From positions 5,799-69,798 of the forward strand of contig NZ_DASWWG010000017.1 in assembly GCF_036400995.1 (NCBI RefSeq): a stretch of DNA of 64,000 nt. Direction: 5' to 3'. Every line of letters starts with the position of its first letter. The first letter of the stretch is position 1. Under the pieces are notes generated by a model. The model searched no databases. It had not been told where the DNA came from and saw only the letters and a program-made list of their open reading frames with translations. A program made the translations under genes and the position numbers. Shown here one piece after another: positions 27,482 through 36,937 of this stretch. Origin of the DNA: Brevundimonas sp. GTDB lineage: Bacteria; Pseudomonadota; Alphaproteobacteria; Caulobacterales; Caulobacteraceae.

Positions 27482-27934
27482 TCAACGAACCCTGCTGTCC
27501 ATCGCCTCGCAGGCGGCGACGAAGGCGTCCGGCACAGGGATCGGCGCCCGGCTGCCGTCCGGATTCACGCAGACATAGGTCAGCCCGACGTCGGCCAGCA
27601 GTTCGTCCCCCCGGAACACCGCGACACGCGGCTGGAAGGAGGTGCGTCCGAACCGCTCGATCCGCGCCCCGATCCGCAGCTCATCGTCGAAATAGGCCGA
27701 TGACCGAAAATCGAGTTTGGCCCCGACCGCGAACATGTCGATGCCCAGTTCGGCCAGTCCGGTCGGTCCCGGCAGGCCGACGGCGCGCATGTAGCCGGTC
27801 ATCGCGACGTCGGCGTACATCAGATAGTTCGGATTGAAGACCACGCCCTGCATGTCCATCTCGGCCCAGCGCACGCGCAGGGGCTCGAAGAAGGCGAAGT
27901 CGGCGGGCGTCGAGGGGATGTCGAAGGCGGGCAT
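27482..27934 (-). CDS. Hotdog-fold acyl-CoA thioesterase (4HBT / YbgC-like)
   Basis: 150 aa. LRVRWAEMDMQGVVFNPNYLMYADVA matches the 4HBT N-terminal catalytic region. Confidence 0.7.
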   Translation of the reverse strand: MPAFDIPSTPADFAFFEPLRVRWAEMDMQGVVFNPNYLMYADVAMTGYMRAVGLPGPTGLAELGIDMFAVGAKLDFRSSAYFDDELRIGARIERFGRTSFQPRVAVFRGDELLADVGLTYVCVNPDGSRAPIPVPDAFVAACEAMDSRVR

Positions 27935-27997
27935 GAAGCGAAGCTAGGCCGCTCGCTCCATCACCCGCAAGGCGCCGCCACGTCAGCGGCGATGAGC

Positions 27998-28759
27998 TCA
28001 GCCGAAAGCCGCCGCCCCCTGCCCGTTCATCCACGGCGGCTCGGGCATGGCCGCCCGCGCCTGCGCCTGCGCCCGGGTCCAGCGGTCGTGCAGGTCGGTG
28101 AAATAGGGATCGTCCGCCTCGATCCGCCGCACGTCGCCGCTGATCATGTCGCGGCGCAGGGTCAGCATGTCGAACGGCGCCCCCACCCCGACATTGCAGC
28201 GCATGGTCGTCGAGAAGGAGATCAGCCCCAGCTTCACCGCCTCGGCCAGAGGCGTGCTGCCGCGGAGCCCGCTGACCAGAATGGGCTTGCCGTACTTGGC
28301 CTCGCCGATCTGCAGGAAGGGCGTGTCCGGCCCGCACTCGATGAAATTGCCCTGGCTGTAGATCAGGAACAGCTGCATCGGCCCGCCGGCGATCTGGCCG
28401 CCCAGCAGCATCGAGGCCGAGGTGTTCAGGCTGTCCGCCTCCAGCGCCGGGGCGATCGACTGGCGCACGCTGCGCAGGGCGTGGCCCAGAAGCTGGGCGC
28501 AGCGGAACAGGCTGGTCGCCGTCTCCAGCGTCTCGGGCGGCTCGCCCACGTTCAGGTGGACGCCCTCGCGCACCATGGCCAGCGCCGTCTGGGTCACCGA
28601 CAGATTGCCCGCCGTGGCGACGGCCAGCACCCGCTCGCCCGGCTGATCGACGACGTGCAGCTTGCGATAGGAGGAGATGTTGTCGACGCCCGCGTTGGTC
28701 CGGGTGTCGGCGATCATCGCCAACCCTTCATCGACCAGCAGGCCCACGCAGTAGGTCAT
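27998..28759 (-). CDS. Anbu (proteasome-type Ntn peptidase, 'ancestral beta subunit')
   Basis: Begins MTYCVGLLVDEGLAMIADTRTNAG, so Thr sits directly after the initiator Met. ~250 aa. It is the last gene of the ATP-grasp / alpha-E / transglutaminase cluster. Confidence 0.8.
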   Translation of the reverse strand: MTYCVGLLVDEGLAMIADTRTNAGVDNISSYRKLHVVDQPGERVLAVATAGNLSVTQTALAMVREGVHLNVGEPPETLETATSLFRCAQLLGHALRSVRQSIAPALEADSLNTSASMLLGGQIAGGPMQLFLIYSQGNFIECGPDTPFLQIGEAKYGKPILVSGLRGSTPLAEAVKLGLISFSTTMRCNVGVGAPFDMLTLRRDMISGDVRRIEADDPYFTDLHDRWTRAQAQARAAMPEPPWMNGQGAAAFG

Positions 28760-28832
28760 TGGACGCGTCGTATCCCGCGAACGTCAGAATCCGGCGAACC
28801 GTAACAGATTCCCGCGACGTTCCACCCCGCGC

Positions 28833-29657
28833 TCACGCCTGTTGCTGGCCCTGTTGCATGTCCGCATCACGGACCACCAGCTTGACCGCCAGCGTCTCGC
28901 CGCTGCCGCCGTAGCTGGCGCCCCGCACCGGCGCCGCGCCCAGATAGTCCAGCCCGGTGGCGATCCGCACATAGCGCTCGGTCGGACAGATGCCGTTGGC
29001 GGGGTCGAAGCCGACCCATCCCAGCCCTTCGATCCAGGCCTCGGCCCAGGCGTGGGCGGCCTCCTGGTCGGCCCGGTCCCGTCGCGCCAGATGGCCCGAG
29101 ACGTAACGCGCGGGCACGCCCATGTGACGGGCGCAGGCGATGAAGACGTGGGCGTGGTCCTGACAGACGCCCCGACCGAGGGCCAGAACCTCGCTGGCGC
29201 TGTGCGTCGGCGTGGTCACCCCGACCTCGAACGCCACCGACCCGTGGATCGCCGCCATCAGCCGGTGCATCCGCTCCAGCGGCGGATGGGCCGAGAATTC
29301 CGAGGCGAAGACCGAGATCAGCTTGTCCCGTTTCGTCAGTTCTGTGTCGCGCAGGAAGACCAGCGGCGACAATCGCTCCTGATCCGGCGGCACCACCCCG
29401 GCGGTGTCGCTGGTCGTGACCTCCCCGGTCACCCGGATGGTCAGGCTGCGCGTCGGCTGCTCGGTGTAGAGCGCGTGCACGATGTTGCCGAACGCGTCCT
29501 CCGATCGGCGCAGGCGGGCGTCGACGTCGGTCTCCACCTGCCAGTTGCTGACGATCTGGGCGTCGCTCGAGCGCGGCGTCAGACGCAGGGTCTGGATGAT
29601 GAACCGCGCCGCCCGGTCATAGGCGTAGGTGGTCGCATGATCGATCCGGATACGCAT
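28833..29657 (-). CDS. Transglutaminase-like cysteine peptidase family protein
   Basis: N-terminal MRIRIDHATTYAYDRAARFIIQTLRLTP (bacterial transglutaminase N-domain). Core GVCQDHAHVFIACARHMGVPARYVSGH. Confidence 0.85.
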   Translation of the reverse strand: MRIRIDHATTYAYDRAARFIIQTLRLTPRSSDAQIVSNWQVETDVDARLRRSEDAFGNIVHALYTEQPTRSLTIRVTGEVTTSDTAGVVPPDQERLSPLVFLRDTELTKRDKLISVFASEFSAHPPLERMHRLMAAIHGSVAFEVGVTTPTHSASEVLALGRGVCQDHAHVFIACARHMGVPARYVSGHLARRDRADQEAAHAWAEAWIEGLGWVGFDPANGICPTERYVRIATGLDYLGAAPVRGASYGGSGETLAVKLVVRDADMQQGQQQA

Positions 29658-29660
29658 GGA

Positions 29661-30593
29661 TCAGCTCAGATACTGCTCGGTGACGGACTGCCCCAGCCGG
29701 ATGTTCTCGGCCAGGAAGCCCTGGATGTATTCGTGCAGGCCTGCCTGGAAGATGGTCTCGATCTTCGAGGACTCCAGCGCCCGCATCCGCTCGGCCGCGA
29801 TCCGCTGCGCCGGGCCGCGCCGGCCATAGTCGCTGGCCAGCTTCTCCAGATAGCGCACGATCGAGGCCTGACAGCTGGCCAGCGAGCGCGGCATCTGCCG
29901 GTTCAGCACCAGCAGGTCGGCCACCAGCCAGGGCTTCACACTGTCCCGGTAGACCCAGCGATAGGCCGTCAGGGCCGAGACCTCGCGCAGCAGGGTCGTC
30001 CACTGGAAGTAATCCAGTTGCCCGCCCACCCGTTCGCCCTCGGGCAGCAGCAGGTGGTATTTCACGTCCAGCAGGCGGGCGGTGTTGTCGGCCCGCTCGA
30101 TCGCCGCGCCCAGCCGCAGGAAATAGTAGGCGTCGTTGCGCAGCATGGTCCGCGACGCCGCCCCCTCGACCGACAGGGTGACCGTCTTCACCCACTCCAG
30201 GAAGTGGCCGAAGTCGTCACGCCGGGTCGGCTGCCCCTGCTCGGCCAGCCCGTTCCAGGCGCCGTTGATCGCCTCCCACAGCTCGACCGTCAGGGCCGTC
30301 CGCACCGAGCGGGCATTGGTCCGCGCCCGGGTGATGCAGGACGCGATGGACGAGGCGTTGTCCGACGAGAAGGCCAGATACTCGCGCACCGACTTCTCGG
30401 TCGGCGCCCGGCCCAGCGCCTTGGGCGCCCCGGCCGAGGCGAGCGCGCTGGCCCAGACCGTCTCGGCGTCGCCGTCCCCGCGCGTGGGAATGGCGGCCAG
30501 CCGGATGGTGGCTTCCAGAATGCGGGCGAGGAAATCCGCCCGCTCGATATAGCGGCCCGTCCAGTACAGGCTGTCTGCGGTACGGCTCAGCAT
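29661..30593 (-). CDS. Alpha-E domain protein
   Basis: True start is ATG at 30593 (MLSRTADSLYWTGRYIERADFLARILE), overlapping the ATP-grasp stop (TGATG). The rest of the 438-aa track ORF is a spurious upstream extension. Confidence 0.8.
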   Translation of the reverse strand: MLSRTADSLYWTGRYIERADFLARILEATIRLAAIPTRGDGDAETVWASALASAGAPKALGRAPTEKSVREYLAFSSDNASSIASCITRARTNARSVRTALTVELWEAINGAWNGLAEQGQPTRRDDFGHFLEWVKTVTLSVEGAASRTMLRNDAYYFLRLGAAIERADNTARLLDVKYHLLLPEGERVGGQLDYFQWTTLLREVSALTAYRWVYRDSVKPWLVADLLVLNRQMPRSLASCQASIVRYLEKLASDYGRRGPAQRIAAERMRALESSKIETIFQAGLHEYIQGFLAENIRLGQSVTEQYLS

Positions 30594-32005
30594 CAGACGT
30601 CCAGCACCCAGGTGTCCTTGGTTCCGCCGCCCTGGCTGGAGTTCACCACCAGAGAGCCCGGCTTCAGCGCCACCCGCGTCAGTCCGCCGGGCGCCACCTT
30701 CACCCCGTCGGGGCTGGACAGCACGAAGGGCCGCAGGTCGACGTGGCGGCCGTGCAGCTCGCCCTTGTCCAGCGTCGGCGCGGTCGACAGCTGCAGCGTC
30801 GGCTGGGCGATGAAGTCGTCGGGGTCGTTGATCAGCTTCTTGCGGAAGCTCTCGATCTCCGCCTTGGTCGAGGCCGGGCCGACCAGCATGCCGTAGCCGC
30901 CCGAGCCCCCAACCTCCTTGACCACCAGGTCCCCCAGGTTGGCCAGCACATGCTTCAGCGCGTCCGGCTCCCGACATCGCCAGGTCGGCACATTGTTCAG
31001 GATCGGCTCCTCGCCGGTGAAGAAGCGGATGATCTCCGGCATGTAGGTGTAGACCGCCTTGTCGTCGGCGACCCCGGTGCCCACGGCGTTGGCCAGCGTG
31101 ACCGTCCCCGCCTCATAGGCCGCCATCAGCCCCGGCACGCCAAGCGCCGAGTCCGGGCGGAAGGTCAGGGGATCCAGGAAGGCGTCGTCGATCCGGCGGT
31201 AGATGACGTCCACCTGCTGCCGGCCCTGCGTCGTCCGCATATAGACCTTGCCGTCATCGACGAAGAGATCGCGCCCCTCGACCAGCTCCACCCCCAGCTT
31301 GTCCGCCAGGAAGCTGTGTTCGTAATAGGCCGAGTTGAACGGGCCGGGCGTCAGCACCACGATCGTCGGATCGCTCCCCGCCCCCTCCGGCGCGCTGGCC
31401 CGCAGCGAGGCCAGCAGCATGTCCGTATAGGTCTCGACCGGGCGTACCGGATAGTCGGCGAACAGGTCCGGGAAGAGCCGCATCATCATCTCGCGGTTCT
31501 CCAGCATGTAGGAGACCCCCGACGGCGTGCGGCAGTTGTCCTCCAGCACGTAGAAGCCGTCCTCGCCGGTCCGCACCAGATCGACGCCCGCGATCTGCAC
31601 CCAGATGTCGCGCGGCGGGCGGCGACCCTGCATCTCGGGCGCGTACTGCGGATTGGTCAGGATCAGCTCGGCCGGGACGACGCCCGCCTTCAGGCATTCC
31701 TGCTTTCCGTAGACGTCCGACAGGAAGGCGTTGATGGCCGAGACGCGCTGGATCAGCCCCTTCTCCAGCCCCGCCCATTCGGACGCGCCGATGATCCGCG
31801 GCACCACGTCGAACGGGATCAGCCGTTCGGCCGACTCCGCATCGCCATAGACCGCGAAGGTGATGCCCATGCGGCGGAAGAACAGTTCGGCCTGCCGCGA
31901 GCGGGCCTGCAACAGCCCTTCGGGGGCCTCCGCCAGCCATCGCGCCAGACCGCGATAGCTGTCGCGGATTCCTCCGCCGTCACCGGACATCTCGTCAAAG
32001 GCCAT
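30593..32005 (-). CDS. Circularly permuted ATP-grasp protein (type 2)
   Basis: 470 aa. ELFFRRMGITFAVYGD, VLEDNCRTPSGVSYMLENR, VVKEVGGSGGYGMLVGP. Confidence 0.85.
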   Translation of the reverse strand: MAFDEMSGDGGGIRDSYRGLARWLAEAPEGLLQARSRQAELFFRRMGITFAVYGDAESAERLIPFDVVPRIIGASEWAGLEKGLIQRVSAINAFLSDVYGKQECLKAGVVPAELILTNPQYAPEMQGRRPPRDIWVQIAGVDLVRTGEDGFYVLEDNCRTPSGVSYMLENREMMMRLFPDLFADYPVRPVETYTDMLLASLRASAPEGAGSDPTIVVLTPGPFNSAYYEHSFLADKLGVELVEGRDLFVDDGKVYMRTTQGRQQVDVIYRRIDDAFLDPLTFRPDSALGVPGLMAAYEAGTVTLANAVGTGVADDKAVYTYMPEIIRFFTGEEPILNNVPTWRCREPDALKHVLANLGDLVVKEVGGSGGYGMLVGPASTKAEIESFRKKLINDPDDFIAQPTLQLSTAPTLDKGELHGRHVDLRPFVLSSPDGVKVAPGGLTRVALKPGSLVVNSSQGGGTKDTWVLDV

Positions 32006-32103
32006 GCCGTCCCCACCGCAAGCGTTTCGCAGCGTGACCCGACAGACGACGCTCGCGCAACAACAATGTTGCGGTGCGGCAAAGGTTCAACCGATGGCGG
32101 CGC

Positions 32104-32469
32104 TTATCCGCCGACGCTCCAGTTGACGCCGCCGCCCGGAACGATCTGCATCCGCCGCCGCGCGTCCCCGTAGCCGACGATCCCGGCCGACGCGTCCCAG
32201 CAGCCCGCGGAAACCGTGAAGTCGTAGCTTCCGCCCCGCGGGATCGCCATGCCCGACGGCAGGCGGTTCAGCCCGTAGGTCGAGGCGTTGCAGTCCGAGA
32301 TCAGCACCACATTGATCGCGCCGGAGCTGACGTTGGTCACCCGGATGGTGCCCGTCGGCTCGCCCGGCCGGATCAGGTCGCCGCCGGTGATCAGCGAGGC
32401 GCAACCGCCCGTGGCGGTCAAGGTGGCGATCAGGGCGCCGACGGCGGCGATGCGAAGCATGGTCTTCAT
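32104..32469 (-). CDS. Hypothetical small lipoprotein
   Basis: ATG at 32469 with a GGAGGG Shine-Dalgarno. MKTMLRIAAVGALIATLTATGGC signal with a Cys. I recognise no family motif. Confidence 0.5.
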   Translation of the reverse strand: MKTMLRIAAVGALIATLTATGGCASLITGGDLIRPGEPTGTIRVTNVSSGAINVVLISDCNASTYGLNRLPSGMAIPRGGSYDFTVSAGCWDASAGIVGYGDARRRMQIVPGGGVNWSVGG

Positions 32470-32670
32470 GATGGTCCCTCCAAGTCCCGCCACCTGAAAA
32501 CCATCGTTATCCGTGCGTCGGTAGTGACAGGTCCTGACGGCCACGCCTGCGCCGTTCACTGAACAGTCGTCACTTCACCGACTCCCCAGCTTCACCGGGC
32601 GGTCGCCGCACCGTCGCCGTCGCGGCATACAGCCCCGCTAGGTCGGGCCCCTCACTCCCCGGGGGCCGTC

Positions 32671-35250
32671 ATGATTCACCGCATTTCTCGTCCGTCCACC
32701 CTGCTCGGCGCCAGCGCCCTGGGCCTCGTCTGGGCCCTCGCCGGCGCCGCCTCGGCCCAGCAGGCCGAGCCCGCCACCCAGCTGGATGAGGTCGTCGTCA
32801 CCGCCCAGCTGCGCGAACAGAGCACCGTCGAGGTGCCCTTCGCCCTGACCGCCTGGGGCGGCGAACGCCTCGAGCGTCTGGGCGTGCAGGACTTCGAGGA
32901 GCTGTCGGCCTTCACCCCCGGCTTCCTCGTCCAGAACCAGTCGCCGAACAATCCGGGCTTCGTGATGCGCGGCATCACCTCGGACTCGGGCGAGGCCACC
33001 ACCGAACCGCGCGTCTCGGTCTTCCAGGACGGCGTCTCCATCTCCAAGTCGCGCGGCTCCTACGTCGAGCTGTTCGACATCGAGCGCGTCGAGGTCGCCC
33101 GCGGCCCGCAGTCGACCCTGTACGGCCGCGGCGCCCTGATCGGCGCGGTCAACGTCATCCAGAACAAGGCCGAGATCGGCGACTGGGCCTCGGAAGGCCG
33201 CTTCGCCATCGGCGACCTGAACTACCGCATGGGCGAGCTGATGGTGAACGCCCCTGTCGGCGACAGCGCCGCCATCCGTTTCGCCACCCGCCTGAAGACC
33301 CGCGACGGCTATGTCGAGAACCTGCTGGGCGGCGCCGACTACAACGGCTTCGACACCCAGGCCTTCCGCCTGTCGGGCGCCTTCCAGCCGACCGACGGCT
33401 TCCGCTTCGACCTGATCGCCAACTACCAGAGCGACAGCGCGCCGGGCACCTCGTTCAAATCGATGCTCTACGCGCCGCAGGACCCGAACACCGGCGCGGT
33501 GATCGGCGCCCGTTCGCCGTGGGAAGGCGCGGCCCTGACGCCCCACACCAACATCGACGGCGGCAAGGCGCTGGGTCTGGACCGCGAGGTCTGGGGCCTG
33601 ACCGGCATCGCCCGCATCGACCTGTCGGACAGCCTGACCCTGACTTCGACCAGCGCCTACCGCACCTTCGACTCCTATGAAGCCTTCGACGCGGACGGCC
33701 TCTCCCTGCCCCTGCTCTCGGCCGTCGAGGATGCCGACGGCGAACAGTGGAGCCAGGAGTTCCGCCTGAACTGGGACAACGGCGGCGCCTTCTCGGGCTT
33801 CGTCGGCGCCGGCTACTTCAAGGAAGAGGGCTCGCAGCGCACCCCGACCGAGTTCAACGAGCGCATCGCCCTGGCCCAGCTAAGCGGCCTGCTGGACGGC
33901 GTCCCGGGCGCCCAGGGCCAGACCTTCCTGCCGCTGGCCGCCTACTCCAGCCCGACCCTGCTGGACCCGATCCTCGGCGGCCTCGGCCTGCCCGCCCCGG
34001 TCATCCCGGGCATCCGCAACAACCTCAAGGCCTCGCACATCGAGACCGCCACCAACTCCAGCGAGCTGGAGTCGATCGACCTGTTCGCCGACCTGACCTG
34101 GCGCCCGACCGACGGCCTGGAGTTCTCGGCCGGCGTGCGCTGGACGCAGGACGACAAGACCAGCGGCTTCTCCTCGGCCGTGCTGAACGGCCGCTCGATC
34201 GCCGGCAGCCTGCTGGGCCTCCAGCAGGTCCAGGCCCAGATCGCGCAACTGGTCGCCGTCGGCACGCCGGAAGCCCTGGCCCAGGCCGCCCAGCTCGGCG
34301 CCTTCGCCAACGGCCTGGTGACCCAGCTGGCCACGCCCGGCGCCGCGACCGCCCCGATCAGCGCCGCCTTCCCCGCCTTCGGCCTGACCTTCCAGCCGAC
34401 CGCCAACAACGGCGACTTCATCTATCAGGACCTCGAGGACGACGGCTTCACCTGGCGCGTCACCGGCCGCTACGCGGTCGACGACGACACCAGCCTGTAC
34501 GCCAACTACGCCCGCGGCCGCCGCCCGGCCGTGCTGGCCGCCGGCGCCCCGTCGTCGCCCTTCGGCGCCCCGGACTTCACCTTCGTGGATGCGGAAGAGG
34601 TCGACAGCTACGAGATCGGCGCCAAGACCACCGGCCTGCTCGACGGGACCCTGCACCTCGACGGCTCGGTCTACCTGTACGACTACTCGAACTTCCAGAC
34701 GACGGTTCAGGTCGGCACCCAGTTCATCACCACCAACGCCGGCGAGGCGAAGTCCTACGGCTTCGAGGGCGCGGCCTTCTGGACCCCGAACGAATACATC
34801 GACCTGTTCGCCACCTACGCCTTCAACCACTCGCGGTTCGAGGCGGGCATCTATGACGGCAACCGGTTCCGCCTGTCGCCCGACCATCGCGCCTCGCTGG
34901 GCCTGTCGGTGAACTTCCCCATCGCGGGCGGCGAGCTGTCGGTCATGCCGACCTTCACCTGGCAGTCGAAGATGTATTTCGACGACAACAACGACCGCAC
35001 CGACCTGCAGACCGGCAACTTCGTGCCCGACACCGTCGTGGACGAGTACCAGGACAGCTACGGGCTGGTGAACCTTCGCATCCGCTACACCGGGAGCCAC
35101 GGCCACTGGTCGGTCGAGGCCTTCGCCGACAACCTGCTGGACGAGAAATTCATCAAGGACGCGGGCAACACCGGCGACGGCCTGGGCCTGCCGACCTTCA
35201 TCGCCGGCGAGCCGCGCACCGTCGGCGTCGTCTTCGGCGTCAAGTACTGA
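32671..35250 (+). CDS. TonB-dependent receptor
   Basis: Signal peptide ending AASAQQ. TonB box and plug LDEVVVTAQLREQS ... IERVEVARGPQSTLYG. C-terminal beta-barrel ending VVFGVKY. Confidence 0.9.
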   Translation: MIHRISRPSTLLGASALGLVWALAGAASAQQAEPATQLDEVVVTAQLREQSTVEVPFALTAWGGERLERLGVQDFEELSAFTPGFLVQNQSPNNPGFVMRGITSDSGEATTEPRVSVFQDGVSISKSRGSYVELFDIERVEVARGPQSTLYGRGALIGAVNVIQNKAEIGDWASEGRFAIGDLNYRMGELMVNAPVGDSAAIRFATRLKTRDGYVENLLGGADYNGFDTQAFRLSGAFQPTDGFRFDLIANYQSDSAPGTSFKSMLYAPQDPNTGAVIGARSPWEGAALTPHTNIDGGKALGLDREVWGLTGIARIDLSDSLTLTSTSAYRTFDSYEAFDADGLSLPLLSAVEDADGEQWSQEFRLNWDNGGAFSGFVGAGYFKEEGSQRTPTEFNERIALAQLSGLLDGVPGAQGQTFLPLAAYSSPTLLDPILGGLGLPAPVIPGIRNNLKASHIETATNSSELESIDLFADLTWRPTDGLEFSAGVRWTQDDKTSGFSSAVLNGRSIAGSLLGLQQVQAQIAQLVAVGTPEALAQAAQLGAFANGLVTQLATPGAATAPISAAFPAFGLTFQPTANNGDFIYQDLEDDGFTWRVTGRYAVDDDTSLYANYARGRRPAVLAAGAPSSPFGAPDFTFVDAEEVDSYEIGAKTTGLLDGTLHLDGSVYLYDYSNFQTTVQVGTQFITTNAGEAKSYGFEGAAFWTPNEYIDLFATYAFNHSRFEAGIYDGNRFRLSPDHRASLGLSVNFPIAGGELSVMPTFTWQSKMYFDDNNDRTDLQTGNFVPDTVVDEYQDSYGLVNLRIRYTGSHGHWSVEAFADNLLDEKFIKDAGNTGDGLGLPTFIAGEPRTVGVVFGVKY

Positions 35251-35258
35251 GGTCCGCC

Positions 35259-36935
35259 ATGTCGCTGCACCGCCGGGATCTCCTGGGTCTGATCAGCGCC
35301 GGCGCGGCGGGCGCAAGCCTGCCCGCCGCCGCCCGGACCGCACAATCGGTCGCCTTCGCGCACGGGATCGCCTCCGGCGATCCCCTCACCGACGGCGCGG
35401 TGATCTGGACCCGGGTCACCCCGTCCGATCCGTCCGCCCGGTCCGTCCGGGTGGACTGGTCGGTCTGGCGGGACGGCGACGCCTCGGCGGCCGTCGCCGG
35501 GGGGTCGATCGAGACCGGTCCCGAGCGTGACTTCACGGTGAAGATCCCGGTGACCGGCCTGCAGCCCGGCGTCGAATACCGCTACGCCTTCTCCTCGGGC
35601 GAGGTACGCTCCGATCAGGGCCGGGTCCGCACCCTGCCCGTCGGCCCCACGCCCGAGGCGGTGTTGGCCGTCGCCTCCTGCCAGCTGCACCCCGGCGGTC
35701 TGTTCAACGCCTGGGACGCGGTCTCGAAGCTGGAGCGGCTCGACGCCGTCATTCATCTGGGCGACTACATCTACGAATACGGCGCCGAGGCGGACTCCTA
35801 CGGCATGGACACCGGCGCCCGGCTGAACCGCACCCCGGTTCCGGCGCACGAGATCGTCACCCTGGCCGACTATCGGCAGCGTCACGCCCAGTACAAGTCG
35901 GACCCCGACCTCCAGGCCGCCCACGCCCGCGCCGCCTTCATCTGCGTCTGGGACGATCACGAGGTCGCCAACGACACCTGGACCGGCGGGGCCGAGAACC
36001 ACACGCCGGAAACCGAGGGCGATTTCCTGACCCGCAAGGCCGCGGCGCTGAAAGCCTATTTCGAGTGGATGCCGATCCGCGAACCCGAAGGCGGCCTCAG
36101 CGAGGCCGCCATCTACCGCAGCTTCGACTTCGGCGACCTCGCCAGCCTGCTGATGGTCGAGACGCGGCTGACGGCCCGCACCGAGCCCCTGACCTATGCG
36201 AAAGACATGCCGATGACCGCCGCGGGGCCCGACCTCGCGGCCTTCGAGGCGAAGCGCAATGACCCCGCCCGCGACCTGCTCGGCGACGGCCAGCGCGGCT
36301 GGATCCGGGAGACGCTCGCGGCCTCGAAGGCCGCCGGGCGTCCCTGGCAGGTGCTGGGCAATCAGGTGGTCATGGCCCGCGTGCAGGGCCCGGACATCTC
36401 GAAACTGGCCTCTCGCCTCGAGATCATGGCCCTGATGGCCCGCCTCAAGCCCGAGGTCCGGACGCAGGTCCAGCAGGCCCAGCAGCTGTTCAGCCTGGGC
36501 GTCCCCTTCAACCTCGACAGCTGGGACGGCTACCCCGCCGGCCGCGAACGCCTTTACGCCGCCTTTGCCGAGGCCGGGGTCGAGCCCATCGTTCTGGCGG
36601 GCGACAGCCACGCCTTCTGGGTCAACGACCTCAAGGACGCCTCGGGCCGCCGCGCCGCCGTCGAGTTCGGGACCAGCGCCATCTCCAGCCCCTCCCCCGG
36701 CGACCACGTCCCCGGCGTCCCGCTCGGCGCCGCCCTGAACGCGGCCAATGAGGAGGTCGTCCTCTGCGACCAGTCAGCCAAGGGCTACGTCCTGCTGACC
36801 CTGACGCCGGATCAGGCGAAGGCTGAACTCCGCGCGGTCTCCACCATCGTCGAGAAGCCCTATCGCGAGCGGGTGCTGAAGACGTTCACCGTGGCGAAGA
36901 CGGCGACCGGTCTGGGGCCGCTGGTCGAGGCCTGA
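35259..36935 (+). CDS. PhoD-family alkaline phosphatase / phosphodiesterase (Tat-exported)
   Basis: Tat signal MSLHRRDLLGLISAGAAGASLP. FAHGIASGDPLTDGAVIWTR, HLGDYIYEY, VWDDHEVAND. It starts 8 nt after the receptor gene. Confidence 0.85.
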   Translation: MSLHRRDLLGLISAGAAGASLPAAARTAQSVAFAHGIASGDPLTDGAVIWTRVTPSDPSARSVRVDWSVWRDGDASAAVAGGSIETGPERDFTVKIPVTGLQPGVEYRYAFSSGEVRSDQGRVRTLPVGPTPEAVLAVASCQLHPGGLFNAWDAVSKLERLDAVIHLGDYIYEYGAEADSYGMDTGARLNRTPVPAHEIVTLADYRQRHAQYKSDPDLQAAHARAAFICVWDDHEVANDTWTGGAENHTPETEGDFLTRKAAALKAYFEWMPIREPEGGLSEAAIYRSFDFGDLASLLMVETRLTARTEPLTYAKDMPMTAAGPDLAAFEAKRNDPARDLLGDGQRGWIRETLAASKAAGRPWQVLGNQVVMARVQGPDISKLASRLEIMALMARLKPEVRTQVQQAQQLFSLGVPFNLDSWDGYPAGRERLYAAFAEAGVEPIVLAGDSHAFWVNDLKDASGRRAAVEFGTSAISSPSPGDHVPGVPLGAALNAANEEVVLCDQSAKGYVLLTLTPDQAKAELRAVSTIVEKPYRERVLKTFTVAKTATGLGPLVEA

Positions 36936-36937
36936 AT

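Noticed and set aside
32470-32670. A possible cobalamin riboswitch in the leader of the TonB-dependent receptor (GTCCCGCCACCTGAAAACC and AGTGACAGGTCCTGACGG resemble fragments of B12 elements).
   Set aside because: The conserved GGGAA / GGTG core and a proper B12 box (AGYCAGGAGACCTGCC-like) are absent. The downstream gene is a phosphatase, not a cobalamin function. An Rfam covariance search would settle it.
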